Source: Eledone cirrhosa (lineage: Eukaryota). Taken from it: DNA of 64,000 bases. Below the pieces are notes generated by a model. That model was given only the letters and a program-made list of their open reading frames with translations, ran no database searches and was not told where the DNA came from. The stretch is from NCBI GenBank assembly GCA_964016885.1, contig OZ024741.1:224936001-225000000 (forward strand), given 5' to 3'. The translations under genes were made by a program, and so were the position numbers. Each line of letters opens with the position of its first letter. Position 1 is the stretch's first letter. This document shows positions 1-12,740 of this stretch, piece after piece.

Positions 1-31
1 ACAGTAAATATAGGGCCAAGTACACCCCTTA

Positions 32-82
32 GGTGTGTGTGTGTGTATGTGTGTGTGTGTGTGGGTGTGTGTGTGTGTGTGA

Positions 83-123
<41 letters not shown>

Positions 124-280
124 TGAGTGTGTGTGTGTATGTGTGTGTGTGTGTGTGTGTATGTGTGTGTGTGTGTGTGTGAGTGTGTGAGTGTGTGTGT
201 GTGTGTATGTGTGTGTGTGTGGGGGGGGGGGTGTGAGTGAGTGTGTGTGTGTGTGTGTGAGTGAGTGTGTGTGTGTGAGA

Positions 281-325
<45 letters not shown>

Positions 326-340
326 TGTGAGTGTGTGTGC
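32..340. repeat. (GT)n/(GA)n compound microsatellite
   Basis: Continuous gtgt/gagt run read directly. Confidence 0.95.
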
Positions 341-484
341 ACGATTATATATCTGTAAGTAGCGTTCCCTCTTACCGTTACTGTTTACACTCCCGCCCCG
401 ATAAACACTTTTCTCTTTCTCTCATTTTACTTCTTCCACCAAACTCGTAACACACGTATGTACAAAATACTACACTCTACTACT

Positions 485-1824
485 GGATTGGCAGTATCGG
501 TAGAGGGTCAGATACCATGCTTTGATGCATAGAGTTACGGCCCTTTCAATTCTCAGTTCAAATCCCACCGAGGTTAACTTTGCCTTTCATCCTTACGGGG
601 TCGATAAAATCAAGATATCAATATATTATTAGATATAGGGATGTATATATATATAGATAATATTAGGTATTATTGTTTGGGATTGGCAGTATCGGTAGAG
701 GGTCGGACGCCATGCTTTCCAGCATAGTTACGTCCCTTTACGCTCTGAGTTCAAATCCCGCCGAGGTTGACTTTGCCTTTCATCCTTACGGGGTCGATAA
801 AATAAAGTACCAGTAATGCACTGGGGTAATTGCTGGCCTTGTGCCAAAAGTAGAAACAATTATTTAAAGGTGGATTGGCAGTATCGGTAGAGGGTCGGAC
901 GCCATGCTTTCCAGCATAGTTACGTCCCTTTACGATCTGAGTTCAAATCCCGCCGAGGTTGACTTTGCCTTTCATCCTTACGGGGTCGATAAAATAAAGT
1001 ACCAGTAATGCACTGGGGTAATTGCTGGCCTTGTGCCAAAAGTAGAAACAATTATTTAAAGGTGGATTGGCAGTATCGGTAGAGGGTCGGACGCCATGCT
1101 TTCCAGCATAGTTACGTCCCTTTACGATCTGAGTTCAAATCCCGCCGAGGTTGACTTTGCCTTTCATCCTTACGGGGTCGATAAAATAAAGTACCAGTAA
1201 TGCACTGGGGTAATTGCTGGCCTTGTGCCAAAAGTAGAAACAATTATTTAAAGGTGGATTGGCAGTATCGGTAGAGGGTCGGACGCCATGCTTTCCAGCA
1301 TAGTTACGTCCCTTTACGATCTGAGTTCAAATCCCGCCGAGGTTGACTTTGCCTTTCATCCTTACGGGGTCGATAAAATAAAGTACCAGTAATGCACTGG
1401 GGTAATTGCTGGCCTTGTGCCAAAAGTAGAAACAATTATTTAAAGGTGGATTGGCAGTATCGGTAGAGGGTCGGACGCCATGCTTTCCAGCATAGTTACG
1501 TCCCTTTACGATCTGAGTTCAAATCCCGCCGAGGTTGACTTTGCCTTTCATCCTTACGGGGTCGATAAAATAAAGTACCAGTAATGCACTGGGGTAATTG
1601 CTGGCCTTGTGCCAAAAGTAGAAACAATTATTTTAAAGGTGGATTGGCAGTATCGGTAGAGGGTCGGACGCCATGCTTTCCAGCATAGTTACGTCCCTTT
1701 ACGATCTGAGTTCAAATCCCGCCGAGGTTGACTTTGCCTTTCATCCTTACGAGGTCGATAAAATAAAGTACCAGTAATGCACTGGGGGTAATTGCTGGCC
1801 TTGTGCCAAAAGTAGAAACAATTA
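485..1824 (+). mobile_element. Head-to-tail array of a tRNA-derived SINE: one diverged truncated copy plus six near-identical ~192-bp copies
   Basis: Unit starts GGATTGGCAGTATCGGTAG at 485, 680, 872, 1064, 1256, 1448 and 1641. A-box-like TGGCAGTATCGG and B-box GAGTTCAAATCCC. Central GACTTTGCCTTTCATCCTTACGGGGTCGATAAAATAAAGTACCAG resembles the Meta/MESC SINE domain (from memory). Confidence 0.88.
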
Positions 1825-2090
1825 TAAATACTCTGACTCAGACACAACTTTATCCAAATATATTTAGAATATAAAACTCAGAAATTTACATGTTTATATC
1901 ATATGCAAAATTCGTTGAATTTCCAAGGGTTTACAACGGAAGAATATTAGCCAGATCTACTTTAAAAAAAAAAAAAATAAAAAATAAAGCCCCAAAATTC
2001 TATTTCCTTTCACAATGCAAATATCCTGAATCCTAAATTAGAATTATTTACGTTCTGTAGGATTGATTCTGAGAAATTTAAGACCGAATA

Positions 2091-2318
2091 GTCATCATCA
2101 TCATCATCATCGTCATCATCCTCGCCGCCGCCGCCGCCTCCGCCACCACCACCTCCCGCACCACCACCACCCGCACCCGCACCACCAACACTACCAAAAC
2201 CCGCACCACCCCTACCACCACCACCACCACCACCACCTTCATCATCATCATCATCAGCATCATCGTTTTCGTCATTATCCTCATCGCCACCACCACCACC
2301 ATCATCATCATCCTCATC

Positions 2319-2349
<31 letters not shown>

Positions 2350-2352
2350 TTA
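2091..2352. repeat. (CAT)n/(CAC)n/(CGC)n trinucleotide tract between diverged ~100-bp direct repeats (1990-2090, 2394-2497)
   Basis: Both flanks share cccaaaa...tttcaca...atatcct.aatc.taaattagaattattt...gattctga.aaatttaaga. Confidence 0.8.
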
Positions 2353-2862
2353 TTATTCCCCCTCTTAAAAAAACAACAAAAAAAAAACAACAATCCCAAA
2401 AGCCATTTTCTTTCACATCGTAGATATCCTTAATCGTAAATTAGAATTATTTTCGTTTTGCCAGTACAACGAATTCTGAAAAATTTAAGATTGAATGGGT
2501 AAATAAGAATATAAAGATTTAAAGAAACTTATTCACAGCATTCATGTCAAAGCTATAAGATAAAATTTAAAAAATAGTGACTCTATTCTTTTGTAATTCC
2601 TAAGAAACATATTTAACCATTTGGTTTTAAATTTCTCTAAATGAACCCGGATTTGTGCCAGTAAAAACTAGAATAATCCTAATTTATGATTGTGGATGTT
2701 TATATCGTGAAGAAAAAAAGGTTTTCATTTCAAAACATTCACGCACACACGCATATGCAGACACATAACACACGTACATACACATTACATGTATGTATGC
2801 ACAAACACACACGCACACGCATATATATATAAGGTAAAAAAAATAAAAACACAATCGGTACA

Positions 2863-2925
<63 letters not shown>

Positions 2926-2943
2926 TATATATTTATATATATA

Positions 2944-2991
<48 letters not shown>

Positions 2992-2994
<3 letters not shown>

Positions 2995-3535
2995 TTGTTA
3001 AACAATATTCAATGATTATGTCAAAGAATGAGTTTTACAGTAGATTGGAAGCACTCAACGGTAAAATAATTTTCTGGAGTTCTTAATATTAAAATATAAG
3101 TATTAATAAAATAGATGTTCTTTTGATCAATTACATTTTATTATACATATTTCGGATGTACAACAGTACGTCCTCATCAGACAAAATATAATGATACATG
3201 ACATACCCTGAGATGTTAAATGGTTAAGATTTAATCAAGGTAGTGATTAACCCGATAGAAAATTTTACTTATATCCTATCTATGTGAAAGTGCGAAATCG
3301 TAATAAATTCATTAGAGAATGTGTAAGAAAAAATGTTGTATACTGTAAGTGTTCTAAAATTTTAAAGTGTATGATACTACAATATATAACTAGGAAAACG
3401 TCTCATGAATCATAACAGCCAGTGATAGCCACTGGAAAAAGATTTATAAGGACGTACTGTTGTACTGTTGTACATCCGAAATATGTATAATAAAATGTAA
3501 TTGATCAAAAGAACATCTATTTTATTAATACTTAT
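2992..3535. mobile_element. Two-armed hammerhead-bearing element (family H1) embedded in (TA)n
   Basis: 3448-3535 is the reverse complement of ~3093-3172. Homologous sequence occurs at 27593-27855 and 47760-48065. Confidence 0.7.
3134..3188 (-). ncRNA. Minimal type I hammerhead ribozyme (family H1)
   Basis: Minus strand reads tattttgt-CTGATGA-ggacgtac tgtt gtacatcc-GAAA-tatgta-TA-ataaaatg. Stems I and II pair and stem III is near-palindromic. Confidence 0.75.
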
Positions 3536-3617
3536 ATATATATATATATATACTGTGGACGTGGAAGTAGCTTCAAAGTTTAAATTTGGTCGCTTCATAT
3601 ATATATGCATATATATT

Positions 3618-3650
<33 letters not shown>

Positions 3651-3653
<3 letters not shown>

Positions 3654-4175
3654 AGAAAGTTAGTCCATAGAATCATTTGATAAAATATATACAGTATTTC
3701 TTCTCCCAATCAGCATAATCAGCCATTTTGAATTCGTTTCTGGCGGGGATCATTTAAGAAAAATCTTTGTCCAATTGAGTTTATTTCCTGATGATTTCGA
3801 AACTCGTTGATTTATCCATGATCGGATATTTCCGAAAAGCGAATGAAAAACCTCGGGCGAGGGGGGGGGGGGTAGAAACAGGATTTTGGTATGTTTATGT
3901 ACATTTTATCTTCTAACTTTGATTTTGTACCTAATTGAGTTGGTTAACTATATGTCTAGTCAATTTCTACGGGCTATTAGGAATACTAGGTAAATCTTCT
4001 GTGGTTGTGAGTCGCGGATAAAATAGGTATCATTTATTTATCTATTGTTTCTTCATAGCTACATTTTAAACTTATAGCCTCGTTTAATTGATTTTTTATG
4101 TGGTTGATTATGCTGATTGGGAGAAGAAATACTGTATATATTTTATCAAATGATTCTATGGACTTACTTTCTTAT
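3651..4175. mobile_element. Element with ~75-bp terminal inverted arms next to (TA)n
   Basis: ataagaaagttagtccatagaatc...aatcagcataatcagcca (3651-3725) is inverted at ~4101-4175. Confidence 0.6.
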
Positions 4176-4292
4176 ATATTGCTCTGATTGTTGATTATTT
4201 AATTAATTAATTTGTCATTGCGCCACACCATGAATGGTTGCCAAAAACATATATATATATCTATGGCTCTGTCTAGTTTATGTATATGTAAA

Positions 4293-4458
<166 letters not shown>

Positions 4459-4486
4459 TATACAGTATATATGCATATATATATAT

Positions 4487-4521
<35 letters not shown>

Positions 4522-4566
4522 TATACAGTATATATGCATATATATATATATATATACAAATATATA

Positions 4567-4616
<50 letters not shown>

Positions 4617-5949
4617 AATATCCACGGTTAGTTGTGGGGTCTAGTCTGCATGAAGAACTCAATGTAATCCATATGTTGAAAATGTTGTAGGTTAAAATAA
4701 ATCCCGGAGAACAATAAAACATCAAGAGGAAAACAGAGTCATGATATAAGTTAAAACAATGAAATAAAAATTCAAGACATATACTTCACTGCTTTACGAT
4801 CGTTTCTAGGTGATAATAATACATTGTACGCATATTTCGTTATCGATCTATGTAGGGTTAGTTACAAAATATCAAATAAGGAATATATTTACCTACATGT
4901 ATATCATCAGCCGTTGTCAAAAGCAATGAGAATTTTATTCAAAAACAATAGTAAATTGAGTTCCGTGACCTTATTTGGGGGTAGCTGAAGAACAAACCAA
5001 TCAAATGGTTATTTGCCATATGATGTTAAGATGAAATATAACTGACTTTAGTTGAGGTCATGACCCTTTGAAAGGAATGGTTGAATGGTGTTAAAAATAG
5101 AATTACTATAAAGAATCTATGAATAAAAAGGAATTGTTATATTGACAGTGGAATGTAGATGGTGGAGTGAAATTTAAAAAGGAATGTAAAAATTAAATGT
5201 TGAGTTGTGTTATATGGAATTTTTAGGTGAATATAAATAAGTAGATATAAAATATACAGAAATAACTAGGATAAGTATAGATAAGTAAAGTAATGGTCAT
5301 AACTATGAAGCGGCCAAATTTAAACTTTGAAGCTACTTCCACTTATCTACTTAGAAAATCATTTTCTACATTCTACGCACTAGAGTTTTGAACACTCATT
5401 CAGTTAATGTTTGACTGTTTTAAATATGACGGTATTTAAAAAATGATATTCTAATGTATGTATGTATGTATGTATGTATGTATGTATGTATGTATGTATG
5501 TATGTATGTATGTATGTATGTATGTATGTATGTATGTATGTTTTCTCTTTCTCTTAATTTCGAGTATATTTTTTTGACCGACCACCTTCCTGGTGGCAAG
5601 GTTGTAAAAGAAAAGAAATTATCATCACTTGAATCGCAAGAATGTTTTGCAAATTTTGAAGGTGCCAGCTATCGCAGCCATTTGTAGACTATGAATTAGG
5701 GAGCTGCGCTTTTTGTCCGCAAATGTATGTATGTATGTATGTATGTATGTATGTATGTATGTATGTATGTATGTATGTTTGTATGTTTGTATGTATGTGT
5801 GTATGTATGTGTGTATGTGTGTGTGTATGTATGCTCTGGTTTTATAATTTCACAAATGTTTGCCAATAAAGAGAGAGTCGGTTTCTAACATAGACACAAG
5901 ACTCTCTCATTGGAATTTACACAACATCAACTATGTATGCATGCATGTG

Positions 5950-6725
5950 TAGATATAGATGTTATTGTATGTGTGGATGTGGATGTTTTGAGTTGTATGT
6001 GTGCATGTGTATATGCTTTGTATCCGTACAAGTGAATATGCAGTTATTAGATGCAACAATTTTGGAATGTTTTACCTATTTTTACTGTTCCATTAATGGA
6101 TTGTACTTGTAATTTCCTAACTAGTTGTGTTCTTTCTGTTCCTGTGAAGCCTAGCTTCTCAAGATTTGTATTGAGGCAGTTACTAACATATCCCAGTGCC
6201 CCAATAATCAAGGGCATAAATCTGAAGGTGTAATCAGGGTGGAGTATCTGCAGATTTCTCATTAGTTCTGCATAACTAGATATGGATGATATTGTATGTG
6301 TGGATGTGTATGTTTTGAGTTGTATGTGCGCATGTGTATATGCTTTGCATCTGTATATGTGTATATGCAGTTATTAGATGCAACATTTTTGGAATGTCTT
6401 ACATATTTTTACTGTTCCATTAATGGATTGTACTTGTAATTTCCTAACTAGTTGTGTTCTTTCTGTTTCTGTGAAGCCTAGCTTCTCAAGATTTGTATTG
6501 AGGCATTTACTAACATACTCCAGTGCCCCAATAATCAAGGGCATAAAGCTGAAGGTGTAATCAGGGTGGAGTATCTGCAGATTTCTCATCAATTCTGCAT
6601 AAATATTCTCCTTTTCGCTAATCTTTGATATTATATTGGCATCTGCTGGGCAGCTAATTTCCACTACTATGCATGCTTTCTTCCCTCTGTCCCATAGCAT
6701 AATATCTGGTCTGTATGCCTGCATT
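5950..6725 (-). pseudogene. Two tandem 3' ends (327-bp offset) of an R4/Dong-like non-LTR retrotransposon, restriction-like endonuclease C-terminus
   Basis: [22 protein letters not shown]...KISEKENIY...PLIIGALGY is a PD-(D/E)xK REL motif. Stops at 6047 and 6374. Bounded by (TATG)n. Confidence 0.8.
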
Positions 6726-7599
6726 TTGTGTGTATGTATGTATGTATGTATGTATGTATGTATGTATGTATGTATGTATGTATGTATGTATGTATGTATG
6801 TATGTCCATTTCAATTCATTCTGAAGCTGTTGTTGCTGTAAACATTAGTGCCGGTGTTGTTGTAGATGTTGGTGTTGAAATCTGGTCGTTTGACTGAGTG
6901 ATGTATATACACACATATGGTGGCTGCCAACTCGTTTTCGAGTACGGCCACTACTTTATATCCATGTAGGAGAACCCCTACCGATGCGCTGAACGAGTGT
7001 GACTTTTTAGTCCAGCCTGCGACATGAAAACTCTGGTACAAACACTACACTTGTAACAATTATTGACACATAGTGCTGGGCCCATGGTACCATCTGACGA
7101 CAAGTGCAGAGAGATCTCCAGATATAAAGCAATGCCTGTGCCCTGAAGCTTTTATAGTGAGCAAAGGCACTGCACAAAGCCAGTCCCACTCTCTTAACCA
7201 AGATGATATTTACCAAAAAGAAGAACAAGTCAACATCATTGGATACCATCAGGGTTGCAGGTGTTATATCAGAGTTTTCCTTCTCCTAGAATTCTGCCTT
7301 GACAAATTAGAGAGTTTGGCAACAGGTCGGTGACTTTAGTCTAGATAGGGTAATGACATGTGTAAATGTAAATGTGATGGTGGGGAGAGAATGTAGACGT
7401 TATTGTGGTGGCGGGGGACAGTGGGATGTATCTAGTTCATTTGTATGTGTGCATGTGTATATGCTTTGTATCCGTAGACCATTGGCTGGGCTAAAAAGCC
7501 ACATTTCGATCGCAGCGCTGTTAGTTGCTATCGTGTGTGTGTGTGTATAGATATGTTTATGTGTGTGCGTGTGTGTGTGTATATATATATATGTATATG

Positions 7600-8790
7600 T
7601 TGATGATGCGCAAACATGCGCTGAGGCTGCGACATCTCTGGTGCTTTCTTGATGGTGAACAGGTGTAGTCGCCGTTCGCCAGGCACGTTTTCCCACAGCT
7701 CGTCTCCTTGACGGAGCTGCAGTCCTGGGTCAGAAAAAGACCGAGGGATAGCGCTTGGAAACTGGAATGTCTCCAGGCGCTCACTGCCCTCTCCCAGCTG
7801 GGCACCAGTATCGGTGGAACATCCACCTCGGCGTTCTATAGAGGACTAGTGGAGGGGAAGAGCGACGACATTCTCGGAGAGATCCTGGGTGTCGAAGAAG
7901 ATCAGCTGCTTGCCCTCTTCCGGAGAACTTTCAGCCCGGGGCCTATGGACAACTTCCAAAAATCCCTGGCCTGGCAGTGCTACCGGGGAGCGCTGCCAGT
8001 TCGAGATAAGCTCTACAGGCACGGAAGTGCCGTCAGCCGAGCCTGTCCGAGATGCGCGCAGAGCGACGAAACCGTCGTGCACGCACTCGTTCAGTGCCCG
8101 AGCATTGCTGACTTGTGGAGCTATGTCGAACAGTTGCTGTCGCGCGTGGGACTGATCCGGTTATCGACTGAGTCCATTGTGCAGATCGTCTCGCGGTCTT
8201 CCTTCGAGGAGGAAGGGCAGGCGGTTTTCATCTGCCTGGTGGCCATGACGAAAGAGATTGTGTGGTGGACAAGGTTAAAAGGGTTAAAGACAGACACTTT
8301 CCTCTTCGGCGAATCCCTAATTAACTTTTTCAAGTTTCACTTGAAGAGGAAAATCAGGGCGGAGAGGCAAGTGCTGCCTTCTAGCAAGTTTTTTGAAAGG
8401 TGGGTGAATGTAGCGAGAATGGTCCGAGTGGACGGGACCATTCTGAATATACGTCTGTAGTTTGAGAGTTGGAAAAATTGAGAGAGGGCGCTTGCCCTGG
8501 TGGTCAGGGTGACCGTGGTCTTTTGTGTGGTTTTCGCCACGAGTAACCCTCGGAGGTTTCCCCCTATTGGGGAATTTTTCATTGTTTCAATTTTCATTTT
8601 TATTGTTTATATATATATATGTTTCTATGTCCTTTTTTTCTTTTCTTCTATAAATAATAAAAATCTTTACACGCACAAAACCCACATCGTACCGTCCTGT
8701 ACCGTCATGTGCCGTCTGTAATGTTTTTCTTGATGTCAGCCCTTGTGGCCAATAAAGAAATCATTATTGTTGTTGTTGTCGTTATTATTA
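7600..8790 (+). mobile_element. 5'-truncated Tx1/L1-clade LINE: ORF2 C-terminus, 3' UTR and tail
   Basis: ORF 7708-8460 has a zf-RVT-type CCHC (CPRCAQSDETVVHALVQC) preceded by AWQCYRGALPV. AATAAA at ~8751 is followed by (TTG/TTA)n. Confidence 0.85.
7708..8460 (+). pseudogene. Tx1/L1 ORF2 C-terminal fragment (reverse-transcriptase zinc-binding domain)
   Basis: 250-aa open frame with a CxxC-x8-H-x4-C knuckle. No RT core is visible upstream. Confidence 0.8.
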
Positions 8791-8846
8791 TTGTTGTTAT
8801 ATTATTATAATATATGTGTATGTATATGTATATATGTATGTATGTA

Positions 8847-8912
<66 letters not shown>

Positions 8913-9063
8913 ATTTTTTATTTTTTATTTTTATTATTTTTTTTTCTCGTGCAATGGCCATACTCGATAACGAGGGGGCAGCCATCATGTATGTATGTAT
9001 GTATGTATGTATGTATGTATGTATGTATGTATGTATGTATGTATGTATGTATGTGTGTGTGTC

Positions 9064-9098
<35 letters not shown>

Positions 9099-9199
9099 AT
9101 GTATGTATGTATGTATGTATGTATGTATGTATGTATGCATGCATGTATGTATGTATTTATGTATGTATTTATGTATGTATGTATGTACAATAATGATAA

Positions 9200-9470
9200 A
9201 CTGCAAAAGCAATACGTAGATAGTCATAATTCCTTATATGCATAACCTGCCGTAATACGTATTTCCGAGGCGTTAATAATTACGTCTTGTTGCTATCACG
9301 CAATACAGTCTATATATATATATAGCCCATATGACATTATAAATATTACATAACTTTATTAAATAATATGCTATCTGACGAAGTCTTGTCGGCAGCGTGA
9401 CGCCACAGAAATACGCATTAAAGAAGGTTAGCATATAAGGAGTTATGAATATCTACTTATAGCTTTCACA
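9200..9470. mobile_element. Diverged two-armed element with a degenerate hammerhead-like core on the right arm
   Basis: 9217-9265 is inverted at ~9408-9455. The right arm has CTGACGA...GAAA-tacgca-TT, but stem I pairing is imperfect. Confidence 0.45.
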
Positions 9471-9483
9471 TTTCTTCAATATT

Positions 9484-9574
<91 letters not shown>

Positions 9575-9594
9575 TATATATATATATATATATA

Positions 9595-9766
9595 TAGGAA
9601 AAGAGTCAGGATCCCGACGGCTGAGCTCAGCCGTTTCGACAGCTAGATCTGAACTGATCTCAGCCGTCGGAGTCCTGACTCTTTTCCTATTACCCACGCT
9701 ACTACCCTAAGTAGTGAGTACTCTGGTGCGTTATGGTGCATCTTGTTTCTTACCACATTTCCTTCG

Positions 9767-9813
<47 letters not shown>

Positions 9814-10132
9814 AACGAGTAGGACCCCGACGGCTGAGCTCAAGCCGTTTCGACGAATTGCCATGATAGAATTATTATGTCTCAACAACAAACTTTTGAC
9901 CAATCCTTGTGACAATCACGTTTACGATATATGGAATTACCCCCTGAGAAGCTCGGCTATTCTAATACCAGGATAAAAATATTCATTTAGTCCAGAATTA
10001 GCCGTCGAAACGGCTTGAGCTCAGCCGTCGGGGTCCTACTCGTTCCTATTACCCACTCTACTACCCTAAGTATTGAGTACTTTGGTGCGTTATGGTCCAC
10101 CTGGTTCCTTACCACATTTCCTTCGTTATATA
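9595..10132. mobile_element. Family H4 fold-back elements (two adjacent insertions) in (TA)n
   Basis: Shared block gtcgaaacggcttgagctcagccgtcgggg...ttaccacatttccttcgtta. It recurs at 25908-25968, 27958-28126, 42378-42515 and 45008-45196. Confidence 0.75.
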
Positions 10133-11029
10133 TATATAACAAAGGAAGTGATTCTATATTGATACTTCGTTCCTGCTTCTTATTATTGATATCATTAATA
10201 CCTGCTTATTAAGGATACCGATTACGGTAAAATATTAAACGTAGAATACCATAACCAGATCCCAAATAGCATTGAATGCTCAAACTGGTGAACCAATAGT
10301 AACTAAACGTTACACACCAATTTTTTTCTTAGACCCCCTTCAATCATAAATGACCATGAGATTTTCACTTAGAAAATCCCCCCTCCTAGGCACAAGTCCG
10401 GACAAGCCTGTTTGTGGAAAACCAGCAGTCGTCCATGTACACCAGTCACCCGTTTCAAGGGAAAGGCCAATGCTGAGTCAGCTTTTCACCAGTGACGATG
10501 CAACTCATTTTTACTCAGTTGAGTAAATTGGAGCAACGTGAAATAAAGTGTCTTGCCCAAGAAGACAACGCAATACACTATATATATGTATATATAAAGG
10601 TTTGGAACCACAGGTTAGTTCTCCAGAATTTTAGGTTGCTTTCTCTTCAAGTTTATAAAGAACCTAAAATCCAGGAGAACTAACCAACGGTTCCAAATCT
10701 ATCCTACACCCCACTCCCTCTCTCTCTAAATATGCAGATATACTAAATAATTTGGCTGCTATTTTTAGCAGGCGGAATGGCAACGTATATCCTTCCACGT
10801 AAACTCTTTGTCCGGGTATATTCTGTAAGTAATACAGCGTAAGATGAACATTAAACTAATGAAGTAAGCTTGAATATAGTTTTATTGTTATTATGTTAAC
10901 ATAAAAGTGAATGTATGTACTTACGTTTTCTTTGAGATTTATTTAAGTAGTTCTTCAAAGTATTCATGCTGTTTACAAAAAAGAGGTTTTTGCTTGCTTG
11001 ATTTTCAAGGATTTGTAAATATGAGTAGT

Positions 11030-11493
11030 GAGTATATATATGTTGGTGTATATGCAGATATATTTCTAGGAAATATATGAGAGAGTTAGTTAGTGTGTGT
11101 TGGTGTGTGTTGGTGTATATAAGTTGGTGTATATGCAGATATATTTCTAGGAAATGTATAAGAGGGTTAGTTTATGTGTATGTGTGTATATATGCTGGTG
11201 TATATGCAGATATATTTCGAGGAAATATATAAGCTAGTTAGTGTGTGTGTGTATGTGGGTGTGTGTATGCTGGTGTATACGCGGATATATTTCAAGGAAA
11301 TATATGAGAGAGTTAGTTAGTGTGTATGTGTGTATATATGTTTGTGTATACGCGGATATATTTCTATGAGATATATGAGAGAGTTAGTTAGTGTGTGTAT
11401 GTGTGTGTGTATATATATGTGGGTGTATATTTCGAGAAAATATGAGCGAGTTAGTTAGTGTGTGTATTTTCTCGCAATATAACCGTGTATATA

Positions 11494-11551
<58 letters not shown>

Positions 11552-11640
11552 TTGGTGTATATACGGATATATGAGAGAGTTAGTTTGTCTGTGGGTATAT
11601 ATATAGGTGTATGTTCGGAAATACTTTCAGGAAATGTGAG
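11030..11640. repeat. Degenerate ~70-bp minisatellite
   Basis: Recurrent tggtgtatatgcagatatatttctaggaaatatatgagagagttagttag units separated by GT runs. Confidence 0.75.
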
Positions 11641-11960
11641 CTAGTCAGTGAGAGTATATATATGTGGATGTATGTGCAAATATACTTACATACATGTTAT
11701 GCATGAATATGACTCTGCGTGCGCATGTGTGCGCTTGTGTATGAGCGATTGTTCTGTATGTGCGTGTGTATGCTATATACTCATACGTATGATATACTCA
11801 CACACATATATATATATATAATTTGAGTTTTTCGAATATCAATAATAATATTCGATTCGTTTGATGAAGGATAACCACCCAGAATCATTAGTGTCTGCAG
11901 TTCTGTTCGCATGCCAACACAAGAGAAAGAATGGCGGGGTCATTCTACTGACATGGCTAT

Positions 11961-12051
11961 AAGTTTAAGCAAAGAATCGCTGCTTTCACCTTTAACGGGA
12001 TCTTCAGAAGATCCCGTTAAGGGTGAAAGCAGCGATTCTTTGCTTAAACTT
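11961..12051. repeat. Near-perfect 91-bp palindrome (family H5)
   Basis: aagtttaagcaaagaatcgctgctttcacc...ggtgaaagcagcgattctttgcttaaactt with one mismatch. Single arms occur at 25432-25480 and ~19050-19100. Confidence 0.85.
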
Positions 12052-12070
12052 TAATCTGTTATTTTAATAA

Positions 12071-12107
<37 letters not shown>

Positions 12108-12259
12108 TAACACATGCTGCTGTCGTAGGGGCGCCATAGTGACACACGGTGTGAATAAGATATTTTAAACCTGTCGGAGTCCATCCCCTCACTAGGTCTG
12201 AACTCAGCCGATTTCTTCCAAAAAGAGAGAGAAAGAGAGAAAGGTGTGAATAAAGAGGA

Positions 12260-12420
12260 AGATTCGACTCCAGTACTGGGTTGGTATATTTTTTATCGAT
12301 CTCAAAAGGATAAAGGATGAATGGCAAAGTTGACCTCAGCGGGTTTTGAACTCACCGCAGAGTGCCGGAAAGAATACAGCAAAGCAACCTATCCGACGTT
12401 CTATCGACTATGCCAATTCA
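12260..12420 (-). mobile_element. tRNA-derived SINE copy (same family as 485-1824)
   Basis: Reverse complement contains gagttcaaaacccgctgaggtcaactttgcc...atcgataaaa. Confidence 0.75.
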
Positions 12421-12565
12421 ACGCCTTTATAGTGTATATGTTCATTCAAGTAACTCAAATGGAAAGTTCTAGAATTCTTCACTGAACAATGAATCGGTTT
12501 GTTTAGTTCTTTCATGAAACCTCCATCTAAATTTATACAAATTAAACTATTTTTTTTTATATATA

Positions 12566-12740
12566 CAGACCTGCCAACCTCTAAAAACCCAAACGGGGAG
12601 TACCATGAAAAAAAGTGCCCCAAAACGGGGAGATTTTACATAATGAATGCTATACAAATTTTCACAAGAGAAGATATCTCTCACTTACTCCAAAGTGGGT
12701 GGGAGATATCCCCGTCAGACGGGGAGAGTTGACATGTCTG
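12566..12740. mobile_element. MITE with CAGACCTGCCAAC-type terminal inverted repeats
   Basis: cagacctgccaac...gttgacatgtctg. Homologues at 18799-18920, 30917-31114 and 36261-36391. Confidence 0.75.

Noticed and set aside
680-770. tRNA genes at SINE heads
   Set aside because: A and B boxes are present, but there is no cloverleaf and each continues into a SINE body.
6811-7340. Complex-sequence ORFs upstream of the Tx1 fragment
   Set aside because: No recognisable motif. Probably a decayed retroelement UTR, but I cannot assign it.
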